Below, piece by piece: positions 51,803 to 61,794 of a stretch of 64,000 nucleotides of DNA. Made by a program: the position numbers and the translations under genes. Positions within the stretch are counted from its first letter, which is position 1, and every line of letters begins with the position of its first letter. The notes under the pieces are model-generated. The model saw only the letters and a program-made list of their open reading frames with translations. It had not been told where the DNA came from and searched no databases. Source of the stretch: Candidatus Latescibacterota bacterium (GTDB taxonomy: Bacteria; Latescibacterota; UBA2968; SICM01); NCBI GenBank assembly GCA_965217865.1, contig CBDCJO010000002.1, positions 4,608,001 through 4,672,000 on the forward strand. Direction: 5' to 3'.

Positions 51803-52627
51803 TTATTTCTGTAAGATTCCGGCCTCCCCAAGAAATGATTCCATCTCACGCCAGAACGATTTCCAATCCGGGGGACAATCGTTGTGACCGCAGTTGTACG
51901 TCAGGATTCGGCCGCGTTTGGATGCCTTGTGGAGGGCAAGCGCGTGATCGTAAGGAATCAGGCTATCGTGTTTTCCGTGAACGACCAGGACATATCCGGG
52001 ATATGAAGCCACGACCGAAAGGTTATCGAAGGGATCCCGAACGATAAAACCGGGTATCAGAAACCTCGATGCCATGTCTCGAATTCCCGTAAACGTGGAA
52101 AGCAGAACAAGGGCGGCCGAGGGTCGCTCAGCGGCGAGGGCGCAGGCCGCGCCGCCCCCAAGGGACCGTCCGAAAAGCAGGATCCGGGATGCGTCGATGT
52201 CTTCACGGCGGACCAGCTTATCGTATGCCGCGACAAAGGTCTCCCTGATGCTTTCTTCGGATGGCTGCCCATCAGAACGTCCGTAACCCGGATACTCGAC
52301 CAGAAGGATCCCTATGCCCAACCGCAAAAAAGCTTCCAATCCATCCGGCCAGAAATCGATCAACTCCGCATTGCCGTGTGCGAAGATAACGGCCGGGGCG
52401 GGCCCTGATCCCCTATGGGGTGGCAGGAACCAGGATTCAACCTTTCCAAAAGAGGTTTCCACCCAGATCCTCTCGAACCCAGGAATTCGGACGTCGGCGC
52501 TTTCAGGGACGGAAATCTGATAGCTTGGAAAAACAACATAACGCTGCACCAAGAAAAGAAGGGAACAATAGACCAGATAGATCAGGAGGATTCCGGATGA
52601 GATTTGAATGAGCATATGGTGTCTCAT
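51803..52627 (-). CDS. Alpha/beta hydrolase (ABHD13/17-like)
   Basis: HGNA, YPGYG, GRSLG, HGKHD, GHND; start uncertain. Confidence 0.88.
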   Translation of the reverse strand: MRHHMLIQISSGILLIYLVYCSLLFLVQRYVVFPSYQISVPESADVRIPGFERIWVETSFGKVESWFLPPHRGSGPAPAVIFAHGNAELIDFWPDGLEAFLRLGIGILLVEYPGYGRSDGQPSEESIRETFVAAYDKLVRREDIDASRILLFGRSLGGGAACALAAERPSAALVLLSTFTGIRDMASRFLIPGFIVRDPFDNLSVVASYPGYVLVVHGKHDSLIPYDHALALHKASKRGRILTYNCGHNDCPPDWKSFWREMESFLGEAGILQK

Positions 52628-52825
52628 AACTTTGAGGGAAGTGGGTAGTACATTGAAGATTAGGGTTGAAGATAGAATCAAGGTTTAAAAATCAGGAAAG
52701 TTTCCCCGTTAAAATATAGAATCGATTAGATTATGGAGCAAGCAGGGATTCTGAGTCGAACGTCCTGACTCACCGAGCCCATGAAAATCACACAGCCGAG
52801 GGAGTTTCGGAAAAGGGAGGATCAT

Positions 52826-53554
52826 ATGCCGGACGAGGAAGTGATGCTTGCCAAGCTGACGCGCCGGGAGTTTCGTGAGGCCATCGAAGGGGGGATGTTC
52901 CAAACGGGGATCATTCCGGTGGGAAGCAACGAACAGCACCTGGAACATCTGGCGATGGAACACGATATCGTATCCGTGACGCATATTTCAAGGGAGGCTG
53001 CGAAACGGCTCTATCCAAACGTCATCGTCAGCGTGCCGATGGCCATCGGGATCTCGGAGCACCACATGAGCCATAAGGGATCGATAACGGCGAAACCCGG
53101 CCCGTGGCTGAGCGTGCTGTTCGATGGAGCGGAGAGCCTGGTTCGTCACGGGGTGCAGAAGATCCTGGTCCTGAACGGCCACGGTGGAAACGTCGCTCCA
53201 GTGAAAGGAATTATCGATCAGTGGCGGCTCTACTTCAAGATCCAGGCCCCTGAGGTTGACCTTCATTTCTGTTCGTACTGGGACTTGATCCCAAATGAAT
53301 TTTCAGAAAACCATCTGAAGACCAAGCGGATTCCGGGGCACGCGCAGGAGTTCGAGACCGCATTCGCCCTTGCGCTGTTTCCGGAAAATGTCAGACAGGA
53401 TGCGATGCGGGACCAGACGGATCAGGAGCCGACGGCGGCAACCGCGGAGACGGGAAGGCTGTTCGTGGAGGAATCGATCCGACAGGTGGCGGATTATGTG
53501 GCGGGAATGATCGACGGTCGGAACCGCGCCCCGTCGGTGAATCATTTCCCTTGA
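52826..53554 (+). CDS. Creatininase-family amidohydrolase
   Basis: PVGSNEQH, SEHH, NGHGGN, GHA.EFET. Confidence 0.9.
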   Translation: MPDEEVMLAKLTRREFREAIEGGMFQTGIIPVGSNEQHLEHLAMEHDIVSVTHISREAAKRLYPNVIVSVPMAIGISEHHMSHKGSITAKPGPWLSVLFDGAESLVRHGVQKILVLNGHGGNVAPVKGIIDQWRLYFKIQAPEVDLHFCSYWDLIPNEFSENHLKTKRIPGHAQEFETAFALALFPENVRQDAMRDQTDQEPTAATAETGRLFVEESIRQVADYVAGMIDGRNRAPSVNHFP

Positions 53555-53559
53555 TGGTT

Positions 53560-54063
53560 TTACAGAAGTTTCCCGAGACGGATCTCGCCAGGTGCGGTCA
53601 TATTCAGTTTCTCGAAGTTTTCGTTCGATCTTCGAAGTCTTTTGCAGAGGATCTTGACGACGTTAAGCAACACCTTTCGACCGATGTCCTTTTCCCGGAC
53701 AAAGAGGCGGTCGAGATCGTCCTTGTAGATTAGGAACCCCATCACGGCGTCGATGGCGATCACCCTGGCGGACCGTGGGGCCTTCGTAATAAGGCCCATT
53801 TCCCCGACGATGCCCACAGGGGTGATTTGTGCCAACTCGAAGTCCGCGGATGTACGGACTCCTAGAGTCCCCCTCAAAAGGATAAACATCTCTGTGCTCG
53901 ATGAACCGATCTCGTAAACCGTATCTCCGGTGGCATATTGGTGAAGGTAGCAGATGCCGAATACTTTTTGGAGCTCATGTAGCGGGAATCCTGAGAAGAG
54001 CGGAACCTGCCTGAGGCTTTCAAGAATTTTTTCAGATACGTGCGGAAGCTGGTCATCGCTCAT
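53560..54063 (-). CDS. Cyclic nucleotide-binding domain protein
   Basis: PLFS, GEMGL, PRSA. Confidence 0.88.
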   Translation of the reverse strand: MSDDQLPHVSEKILESLRQVPLFSGFPLHELQKVFGICYLHQYATGDTVYEIGSSSTEMFILLRGTLGVRTSADFELAQITPVGIVGEMGLITKAPRSARVIAIDAVMGFLIYKDDLDRLFVREKDIGRKVLLNVVKILCKRLRRSNENFEKLNMTAPGEIRLGKLL

Positions 54064-54137
54064 AGAGCGGATCCTTGGTTGCTTGACTGTTTATTAGAGA
54101 TGCGGTGCTTCAAAGTGAAAGATGGATATCATACTGG

Positions 54138-54166
54138 AATCTACAGGCCGATTATCCGGATGTCAA
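54138..54166 (-). promoter_or_regulatory. sigma70 promoter of the cNMP-binding gene
   Basis: TTGACA-17-TAGATT. Confidence 0.6.
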
Positions 54167-54254
54167 GGGATCGCCAACAAAAGACGCAAAATGTAGGACG
54201 ATAGCATGAAGGGAAGCGGCCTGATATCGATCCCTCTGCGTTGTCCTGGAAGCA

Positions 54255-54824
54255 CTAAGGAGCTCCTCGGCTTTGTCCTTCCGCAATGGCCCCCGCGATC
54301 AGGTGCGCGGTCCGGATGGGCTCGGGAATTTGGCTGTGGACTGAGAAACGGTCAACCACGGCAACAGCTTGTTCCAGCGTCATGCCGACGCGTTGGACAT
54401 ACACGTGTCCGGCAGATTCCATGGGTCCAAGCCTATCGATCAAGTCCCATTTTTTTAATCCCTCCGGGACACGGGTCGTCAGGGCTTCTCGAATGGCTTT
54501 CATATCAGGGATAACCCTGGAAACGACGAGTACAGGAAGCTCGAGCCGTTCGTTCAGATCGAACACGTCCACCACGTTAACCCCCCCCAGTGCGATTCCC
54601 TGAAGCATGATCAACTGTGTATGGGGAGCAAATTTCGATTCAGCGACCAACTTTGAGAGTTGGCGTGCAGCATCAGACCCGTCTGCCTGAATCTCACCGA
54701 TTAATACCCCATCAAATCGCAGGTCCGCAAATACCGCCCCAACGACTTTCACGCTGCCCCGATGCCCGTGGGGAAAGGGTGAATCGTCAAAGCCGATGAT
54801 ATTTGACATGCGCTTAGAAGACAT
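54255..54824 (-). CDS. DUF99 family protein (endonuclease V-like)
   Basis: IIGFDDSPF, DGSDA, GGVNVVD, IPEPIRTAHLIA. Confidence 0.85.
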   Translation of the reverse strand: MSSKRMSNIIGFDDSPFPHGHRGSVKVVGAVFADLRFDGVLIGEIQADGSDAARQLSKLVAESKFAPHTQLIMLQGIALGGVNVVDVFDLNERLELPVLVVSRVIPDMKAIREALTTRVPEGLKKWDLIDRLGPMESAGHVYVQRVGMTLEQAVAVVDRFSVHSQIPEPIRTAHLIAGAIAEGQSRGAP

Positions 54825-54972
54825 GCGTATCAGGGATCAGTTCGGAGGAGACTTTAGAACTATTTGGGAGGGCGAGCGGCAAGCGTTGTGAAAGGGACGA
54901 GGCCCAAAAGCTTGGATTTGAATCTATGGAGGACCGCGAGGAATCGGAATATCCGACGCTTATGTGTTAAGC

Positions 54973-55446
54973 TCAGCTGAAGAAACAGCCTGAGAGGTCT
55001 TTGGGAAGTATGGTTTTCCTGTCTTTGATTACGGAGTGGAGTTGAGCGGGTGTCAGGCCGATGGCATTGGTCAGGTCCGCCCCACCTAGGGAAGCCCCCC
55101 GCAGATTTGCTCCCTGAAGCTTTGCGCCGCGAAGGTCGGCTTTATGAAGTTTTGTCCCGACCATGTCAGCTCCCTGGAGGTCGGCCTCCCGCAGCTTTGC
55201 TCCCGGAAGGTCCGCCTGCTGAAGATCGGCCCATTGCAGATCCGCCTTCTGGAGGTTGGCTCCTTTCAGGTTGGCGTTCTGAAGGCTTGCCCATTGAAGG
55301 TTTGCTTCCGGAAGGTTGGCTTTCTGGAGGTCCGCCTTTCTGAGATCAACCCCCTGGAGATCGGCCCTTTTTCCGTTCTCCCCTTTGGAATCCACCCACT
55401 TCCGATGATCTTCCAGAATCTTGTTAAGTTGACTAGGATTTTTCAT
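54973..55446 (-). CDS. Pentapeptide repeat protein
   Basis: Tandem A(D/N)Lxx repeats. Confidence 0.92.
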   Translation of the reverse strand: MKNPSQLNKILEDHRKWVDSKGENGKRADLQGVDLRKADLQKANLPEANLQWASLQNANLKGANLQKADLQWADLQQADLPGAKLREADLQGADMVGTKLHKADLRGAKLQGANLRGASLGGADLTNAIGLTPAQLHSVIKDRKTILPKDLSGCFFS

Positions 55447-55523
55447 GTCCGACCTTCTTCCTTCTTTCCCGTGTAAAAAAGCCACCTTAGAAGCCGCATG
55501 AATTTGTCATCCCCAATCCGATT

Positions 55524-56894
55524 TTAATAAACCGGAGTTTCTTCAAAGTATTTCTGCACCCGTGCGACAATTGCCCTGGCCGTGTATGGTTTTAGGATAT
55601 AGTCATTGGCCCCTGCCCCGATGGCCTCGATAACGGTTTCACTATCGGTCCGCGCGGTCAGAACGATAATGGGTACCTCCGCCGTGTCGACCCTCCCGCG
55701 AAGTTGCTTCAAGGCGTTGAGCCCCCCCATAACCGGCATCATGATGTCCAGAAGGATCAACCCCGGCCTCCCCGTACGTGCCAGCTTCAGGGCTTCCTCT
55801 CCATTTACCGCTTCCAGGACTTCATATCCCGCCTTTTTGATGACAAAGGACAGCGCCCTCCGGGTAACCATCGAATCTTCTGCGATTAGGACCCGCTTAT
55901 TGGGTTTTCCGGGTGGCGCACTAATGAGGCTGATGCCGCAATCACCGCAGAATTTCCCAAAACCTATTGCCCCGCAGTTAGGGCATTCGTTCAGAGACGG
56001 TTTCAAGGAGATCTTAAATTCGAAGGTGGAGGCGGCATCCTCCATCTTTTCCGGGAGTTCTTCCAGGATGTCTTCGACATAGTTGGAACCCAAACCCAGG
56101 AATCTTTTACCTCGTTCTTCCAGAAGGGGTATTTCCTCCTCCAAGTCATCGTCATAGAGAACGTCTGAGATCAAGTTCGATAGGTTGAGGACCCGAATCA
56201 AATCGGTCTCCGGGGATGGAGGAAGGTCTTTTTCAAACTCAGCAAAGTGATGCTCGCGGATGGTCTCTTCGATGATTGGGGGGAGGTTCCAGTGCCTCGC
56301 GAGGACGGCCCCCACGGCTCCGTGGTCAAGTCCGATCATCTCCCTTTCCACCTTTGCAGGATGGGCCCCGGTGTCTTTCGCGGTATGGATGGCGCCCCCG
56401 TATTCCATTGGGAAATAGTGGGCAAGGAAGAGGCGGCCGATGTCCTGCAAGAGCCCCGCCGTGAACGCGATCCCAGGTATTTCACCACGGAACCGGGCAG
56501 CGATCATCCCGGGGGCCACGGAATTGCAGACCGACTTTTCCCAGAAGAGATCCTGGTCGAAGCCCTTGGCCAAAGGCTTCGAGAAGGTCTCCATTACGGA
56601 AAGGCCGAGGGCAAGAAGCCCCACCTCCTCGTACCCGAGGATGTTGACTGCCTGAAATACTTCTGAGACAGGTTCGGAAAAGTTGTAGAAAGATGAATTG
56701 ATAACCTTGAGGAGGCGGGCGGACAGGGCTTCGTCCTTCGAAATCAGTTTGGTTACTCCAGGGGCGGATCCCCGAGATTCGGATATCATCAACGTGATCT
56801 CACTGGCCGTGGTAGGGAGGGGTGAAAAAACATCCGATGTCTCCAGGATTCTCAAAACATCATTTTCAGTAACCATCGCGCACTCCTGACTCAT
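55524..56894 (-). CDS. HDOD domain + zinc ribbon + receiver domain protein
   Basis: LLKVINS, GLLQDIG, DHGAVG..LA..WNLP; CPNC..CGDC; LIAEDS, LLDIMMP, KP. Confidence 0.88.
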   Translation of the reverse strand: MSQECAMVTENDVLRILETSDVFSPLPTTASEITLMISESRGSAPGVTKLISKDEALSARLLKVINSSFYNFSEPVSEVFQAVNILGYEEVGLLALGLSVMETFSKPLAKGFDQDLFWEKSVCNSVAPGMIAARFRGEIPGIAFTAGLLQDIGRLFLAHYFPMEYGGAIHTAKDTGAHPAKVEREMIGLDHGAVGAVLARHWNLPPIIEETIREHHFAEFEKDLPPSPETDLIRVLNLSNLISDVLYDDDLEEEIPLLEERGKRFLGLGSNYVEDILEELPEKMEDAASTFEFKISLKPSLNECPNCGAIGFGKFCGDCGISLISAPPGKPNKRVLIAEDSMVTRRALSFVIKKAGYEVLEAVNGEEALKLARTGRPGLILLDIMMPVMGGLNALKQLRGRVDTAEVPIIVLTARTDSETVIEAIGAGANDYILKPYTARAIVARVQKYFEETPVY

Positions 56895-57101
56895 ATTGGG
56901 GATGTTTTATCGATAACGAAATGCTCGGGCGTCGACATCGCAGGTCAAGATCCGGATAAAGGTGAGTATATAAGGAATTGGTGGAGCCAATCGGGGGGAG
57001 AGGTTCATGGCGAATCTGATTCCTGATTGAAAAGGAGGTTGGCTGTTGCCGGGGGAGGCGGTAAGCCGTTTTTGATTTCATCTGTGATAGGTATCACTCT
57101 A

Positions 57102-57118
57102 TGCAATGTGTGTGCCAA
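57102..57118 (-). promoter_or_regulatory. Consensus sigma54 promoter upstream of the HDOD-REC gene
   Basis: TTGGCAC-ACACA-TTGCA. Confidence 0.8.
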
Positions 57119-57413
57119 CCCGGATAAACAAAATATCGGTAAGCTAATGCCCTATAATTGAAAAGCTTATCGAATTACTCTGAGATGATGAAGGACCAAC
57201 CTTCCCAAAGTTAGCAACTGTGAATAGCAATGATTGCTGCACCATCGGATTGACAACCTGAATTCTTTATTTCCCGAAAAGGGTAGTATCACCCTAAAAC
57301 CCTTTTCTCCCGACACGGTAAGGCCGGATTCCCCTTGTTCGATCGGTTTGTTCTGATGATCTTAGTGAGTGTCCGTTGTTGGCCTTTAATGAATCGTCGT
57401 CCGTGTAGAACCC

Positions 57414-57599
57414 ATGAATGTGGAACTCATCAGCGTTGCAGATGCCGCTGCACGGAAGGGTTGTTCGACACAGGCCGTTCGAGACGCGATTGTCATCGGA
57501 AAGATCAAGGGGCGGAAGGTCAGGCGTTCGTATATTGTTCGGGTGGACAAGAATTTTTCCGATTGGAAGCCTGATCCCAGGAATAAATCAGGAGAATGA
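57414..57599 (+). CDS. Small excisionase-like HTH DNA-binding protein
   Basis: 61 aa; LISVADAAARKGCSTQAVRDAI..GKIKGRK. Confidence 0.7.
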   Translation: MNVELISVADAAARKGCSTQAVRDAIVIGKIKGRKVRRSYIVRVDKNFSDWKPDPRNKSGE

Positions 57600-57603
57600 T
57601 GCG

Positions 57604-58947
57604 ATGAAAAAAATTGGCCTCTTTTTGGTCATTTGTTGGCTTGTTTCGAATTTCGTATGGGGGAAGGGCTTTTTCGCCGATCCTGGAAAGAATTGGCCTC
57701 AATGGCGCGGCCCTCAAGCAACTGGTGTCGCACCTTTTGGGGACCCGCCGGTCGAATGGAGCGAGACTCGGAACGTCAGGTGGAAAATCGAGATTCCAGG
57801 CAAGGGTCACGCCACCCCGATCGTTTGGGGGGATCGAATCTTTATCCTGACGGCGGTCGAGACGGGTGAGCGAGTCGATATCCCGGAAGAAGCGGAACCG
57901 GTTCGCCGCCGTCGGGGCCCGCCGAAGGTCAAACCGACAAGCGTGATCCGGTTCTCTATCCTCGCCGTCGACCGCCGGACAGGACATATCCTATGGCAAC
58001 GCACCGCACGAGAAGAATTCCCGCACGAAGGCACCCATCCGGCGGGCAGCTGGGCTTCGAATTCACCGGTCACCGATGGTGAGCACGTCTATGCTTATTT
58101 CGGTTCTCGCGGTCTGTATTGCTATGACTTGGAAGGGAATCTTCGATGGGAAAAAGACTTCGGGAAGATGAAGACGAGGATGGGTTTTGGTGAGGGCAGT
58201 TCACCCGTGCTCTACCGGGACAAAATCATCATCAATTGGGATCAGGAGGGACAATCGTTCATCGCTGTCCTTCATAAGAATACGGGGAAGGAAGTCTGGA
58301 GGGTAGATCGGGATGAAAGGACCTCCTGGTCGACACCCCTGGTCCTTCAGCAGAATGGTCAAGATCAGGTCATCACCAGCGCGACAAACCGGGTGCGAAG
58401 TTATGATTTAGCCACAGGAGAAGTGATTTGGGAATGCGGGGGCATGACGCTAAATGTGATTCCTTCTCCGGTATCCGCGGGAGATTTGGTCTATGTGGCG
58501 AGCGGGTTCCGGGGCAATGCCTTACTGGCGATTCGACTGTCAGAGGCCAGGGGCGACATCACGGATTCTGAAGCAATCGTCTGGAAGCATAGCGAAGACA
58601 CACCCTACACACCTTCGCTCCTGCTATACGGTGATGCCTTGTATTTCCTGAAACGGAATAACGGAATCCTCTCCTGTTTTAACGCAAAGACAGGTGACGA
58701 ATTCTTCAGTCGCCAGCGGTTGGATGGGATAGAGGGGGTCTTCGCATCGCCGGTCGGAGCGAGCGATCGCGTGTACATTGTCGGCAGAAACGGGATGTGT
58801 TTGGTGATTAAACGGGGGAGGAGGTATGAAGTGCTGAGTCGGAACACGCTTGATGATAGTTTCACCGCATCACCGGCGATAGCCGGAGATGCATTATACC
58901 TGCGTGGTCACAAAACCCTTTATTGTATCGCAAAGGATAGTCCATAG
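57604..58947 (+). CDS. Secreted PQQ-binding-like (BamB-like) beta-propeller protein
   Basis: Signal peptide; NWPQWRGP, repeated SP motifs, TG..W. Confidence 0.9.
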   Translation: MKKIGLFLVICWLVSNFVWGKGFFADPGKNWPQWRGPQATGVAPFGDPPVEWSETRNVRWKIEIPGKGHATPIVWGDRIFILTAVETGERVDIPEEAEPVRRRRGPPKVKPTSVIRFSILAVDRRTGHILWQRTAREEFPHEGTHPAGSWASNSPVTDGEHVYAYFGSRGLYCYDLEGNLRWEKDFGKMKTRMGFGEGSSPVLYRDKIIINWDQEGQSFIAVLHKNTGKEVWRVDRDERTSWSTPLVLQQNGQDQVITSATNRVRSYDLATGEVIWECGGMTLNVIPSPVSAGDLVYVASGFRGNALLAIRLSEARGDITDSEAIVWKHSEDTPYTPSLLLYGDALYFLKRNNGILSCFNAKTGDEFFSRQRLDGIEGVFASPVGASDRVYIVGRNGMCLVIKRGRRYEVLSRNTLDDSFTASPAIAGDALYLRGHKTLYCIAKDSP

Positions 58948-59118
58948 AGAGAATGTGCGCAAAGTTTGCTATCTTTTGAATTATTAAAGAGCTAAAGCAA
59001 TTTTTTCTTGAATTTTTTAGATTTATATTATAATAGTTGTAGATAGAATATATGGAACTTTCCTTCTTCGAAAAAAGCCGGATCCACCCCATAACTCCCA
59101 TTATTTCAGGAGGTAGAA

Positions 59119-59632
59119 ATGGAAAAGGTCAAGGTGTGGACTTCTGCGGTCCTTATTCCGGTTCTGTCTATTCTTCAAATGGGCTGCGCCACAATCATGG
59201 GTGGTGGTAATCAAGAGATTAGTTTACATTCCAACCCGGAAGGAGCGACGGTCACCAGCTCAAGGGCCGGCATGGAAGAACAAATGGACTATACCACGCC
59301 GGAGACGGTCGCCTTCGAACGCAAAGGGCACTACATCCTGACGTTCTCGAAAGAGGGTTACGAGACGAAGAAGATCGAGTTGATGAGAAGTATGCGGGGA
59401 TGGATGTTGGTGTGGGACGTTATTTTGGGGGGGGGTCGGTATCGTCATTGATGCCGTCACAGGTGCGTGGTACAGGTTGGAGCCGGAAGAGGTGAATGTG
59501 AACCTGACTAAGCTGTCCTCTGCCGTACCAGGTCCGGATGAGATCAGGATTACTTTGTCCGGCACATCAGACGGTGTCTCGATTACTTCAGATTCGCCTG
59601 TTTCGGTTAAGGTTGATAAAGCTGATCGATGA
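59119..59632 (+). pseudogene. PEGA-like domain lipoprotein, frameshifted in a G9 run
   Basis: GGAGG RBS; GCATI lipobox; SNPEGA, KEGY; G8 instead of G9 at 59427-59435 gives ILGGVGIVIDAVTGAWYRL to TGA 59632. Confidence 0.8.
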
Positions 59633-59667
59633 TTCTACCTGTTTTTATCTTCAGCAATTGGGCAAAC

Positions 59668-59696
59668 AAGCCGCGTCTGGATTCAGGTGCGGCTTT
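59668..59696 (+). terminator. Hairpin after the PEGA gene
   Basis: AAGCCGC...GCGGCTTT. Confidence 0.55.
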
Positions 59697-59872
59697 ACTA
59701 TTAGGCATGGAAAAGATGAAAGGTGAACCGTAGGGGGCGGGCTTGCACGCCAGCATCACCCAATTGGTCATTTAAATATTCGAAGGGATATGCCCACCAA
59801 GAGTTGTCGGGGGCGGTCACCAACCGACCCAATGAGTTAAAAGGTACCTGAAAAAACATCAAGGACAGTAAA

Positions 59873-61696
59873 ATGGGGAATCCGATCTATTTCACCGACA
59901 TGGGACAGTGCGAACCCAAGCACGTCCTTTCAACTACCAGCCGGGTCGGCAACTGGTCTTTGTGGGACTACGAGACGGATCCTGACCGGGGGGTCCACCT
60001 GAAAGGCCGAATGATCTATGCGAGCCAAAAAACCGAGTCACCCCCCGTTACGCTTCGTTTGAACCTGAAGGGCCCTCACGCGCTTTTCCTTGCTTTTCAC
60101 TACGGAGGGGATCCCAGAGCCTTTGCCTTGAAGGCAAAGCTCACCAAGGACCGCTGTTTCCACCGGCTGTGCCATCAGCTTGTCACACCCAAGGATCTGG
60201 GTTGGCTCGGGAAGAAGGAACCGTTTCCGGAGCGGATCTTCTCAAGATACGACCTGGTGGAATCCTTCTGGCGCTACGAGGATCTGACGGGACAGGAAAT
60301 CACTTTTGCCCGTCCGAATCCGGGAAGCACGTGGGCGGAAATGAACGCTTCCGTAGCGTGGGTTAAATGCGTGCCGTTGTCGGAGGGGGAGGTTTCTGCC
60401 TTAAAGCGTCTGGAATCGAATGAGAAAACGAAAGTCCTAATGGGTTCGATCGACGGGGGACGGACCTTTTCGTGGCTCCCGGAGTCCCGGGAGGACCTGT
60501 GGGAAGAGATAGAGCCGTTGCGAGATTCGGATGTGGGGATCGTCTGCTATACGGTCGCGCGAACAGATGTCTGTGTGTTCCCGACCCGCGTCGGCACGAT
60601 GCGAACCCGGGAGATGGGATATTACGTACCCTACATGTGGGTTATCGGAGAGGCGATGGAACGCCTGGCATCCCGTGGAATAGACCCCCTCAAGGAGACG
60701 ATCGACTACGCACACGAGTTGGGGGTTAAAATCCTTGCCACAAATCGGCCGGCTGCGCCGCACATGGGTCCTAACCAGGAGGACATGCATAGTCCCTGGT
60801 ATGTGGAGAACACACAGTGGCGCTGCAGACTGGAGGATGGCACCACGCTCCAGCAGATGAGCTTTGCCTTTCCGGAGGTCGCGGAAAAGTTCCTGGGTAT
60901 TTTCACGGAAGCACTGGAACGGGGTGCAGACGGCATCTCCATGATGTGGAATCGGGGATGGCCATGGGTGATGTATGAAGAGCCTGTGGTTGAATCATTC
61001 GCGGCGAGATTTGGTGAAGACCCCAGGAGACTTCCGCGAAACGATTCTCGATGGATGCAGCACAAAGCGGATGTGATGACGGATCGATTCGTCCGGCCCA
61101 TGCGAAAGATTCTGAACGAGTTCGGGGAACGACGGGGTGAGCGTCTCGAGGCCGCTTACTACGTACATAGCCGGCCCGAGGACTGCCTGTATAACGCTCT
61201 GGACGTTGAAAGGTGGGTGGAGGAGGGGCTCGTTGACTATCTGATGGTTCATCGCTCGTGCTGGACAGAATTGGCAAACGGAAAAATAGCTCCTATTTGT
61301 GTTTCCTCGTCCGGAGGGCACCGTTGGATCCCTGACAACGCCACAATCGGAGGCAGTGACGACGCGCTCCCGGTACACGAGACGGTTCCTCTTTTCAAAA
61401 AGCTGACCGAGGGTACGGGGGTGAAGGTTTATGCGGATGTCTATCCCCTGAGAATGCCGGGGGAGACCTATATTGAGCGGGCGAATTTGTACTACGAAAG
61501 CGGCGCAGATGGTCTGATGTACTTTTGTGTGGACCCGAGGACAACCCGAAAGAGCGAATGGATCGCTGCTTCAAAGATGGGGCACCGGGAGCTTCTGAAG
61601 GACTGGCCCCTGGATTTGAGCAGCTATTTCAAGGTCGTACCGCTCAAAAGGATCGCCGGGCTTTCGACGGATCAGAGGTACGATACCACGGGATAG
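59873..61696 (+). CDS. Hypothetical glycoside hydrolase-like (GHL10/DUF187-type TIM barrel) protein
   Basis: DPL...IDYAHELG, SFAFPEV, GADGI, DVERWVEEGLVDYL, GADGL. Confidence 0.65.
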   Translation: MGNPIYFTDMGQCEPKHVLSTTSRVGNWSLWDYETDPDRGVHLKGRMIYASQKTESPPVTLRLNLKGPHALFLAFHYGGDPRAFALKAKLTKDRCFHRLCHQLVTPKDLGWLGKKEPFPERIFSRYDLVESFWRYEDLTGQEITFARPNPGSTWAEMNASVAWVKCVPLSEGEVSALKRLESNEKTKVLMGSIDGGRTFSWLPESREDLWEEIEPLRDSDVGIVCYTVARTDVCVFPTRVGTMRTREMGYYVPYMWVIGEAMERLASRGIDPLKETIDYAHELGVKILATNRPAAPHMGPNQEDMHSPWYVENTQWRCRLEDGTTLQQMSFAFPEVAEKFLGIFTEALERGADGISMMWNRGWPWVMYEEPVVESFAARFGEDPRRLPRNDSRWMQHKADVMTDRFVRPMRKILNEFGERRGERLEAAYYVHSRPEDCLYNALDVERWVEEGLVDYLMVHRSCWTELANGKIAPICVSSSGGHRWIPDNATIGGSDDALPVHETVPLFKKLTEGTGVKVYADVYPLRMPGETYIERANLYYESGADGLMYFCVDPRTTRKSEWIAASKMGHRELLKDWPLDLSSYFKVVPLKRIAGLSTDQRYDTTG

Positions 61697-61752
61697 TCGG
61701 GTCGCGAACCGTCTTGAAACACAGGCGATGCGAGCCGTTACCTGCGATCCTC

Positions 61753-61778
61753 AGGGACGGTTCGCGAACCGCCCCTAT
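61753..61778. repeat. REP-like palindrome of the GTAG family
   Basis: AGGGACGGTTCGCGAACCGCCCCTAT; degenerate partner near 61695-61715 and GTAGGGGGCGGG at about 59730. Confidence 0.55.
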
Positions 61779-61794
61779 CTCAACGATTACCGGA

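Noticed and set aside
54973-55446. 15/30-bp nucleotide periodicity
   Set aside because: Explained by the pentapeptide-repeat protein.
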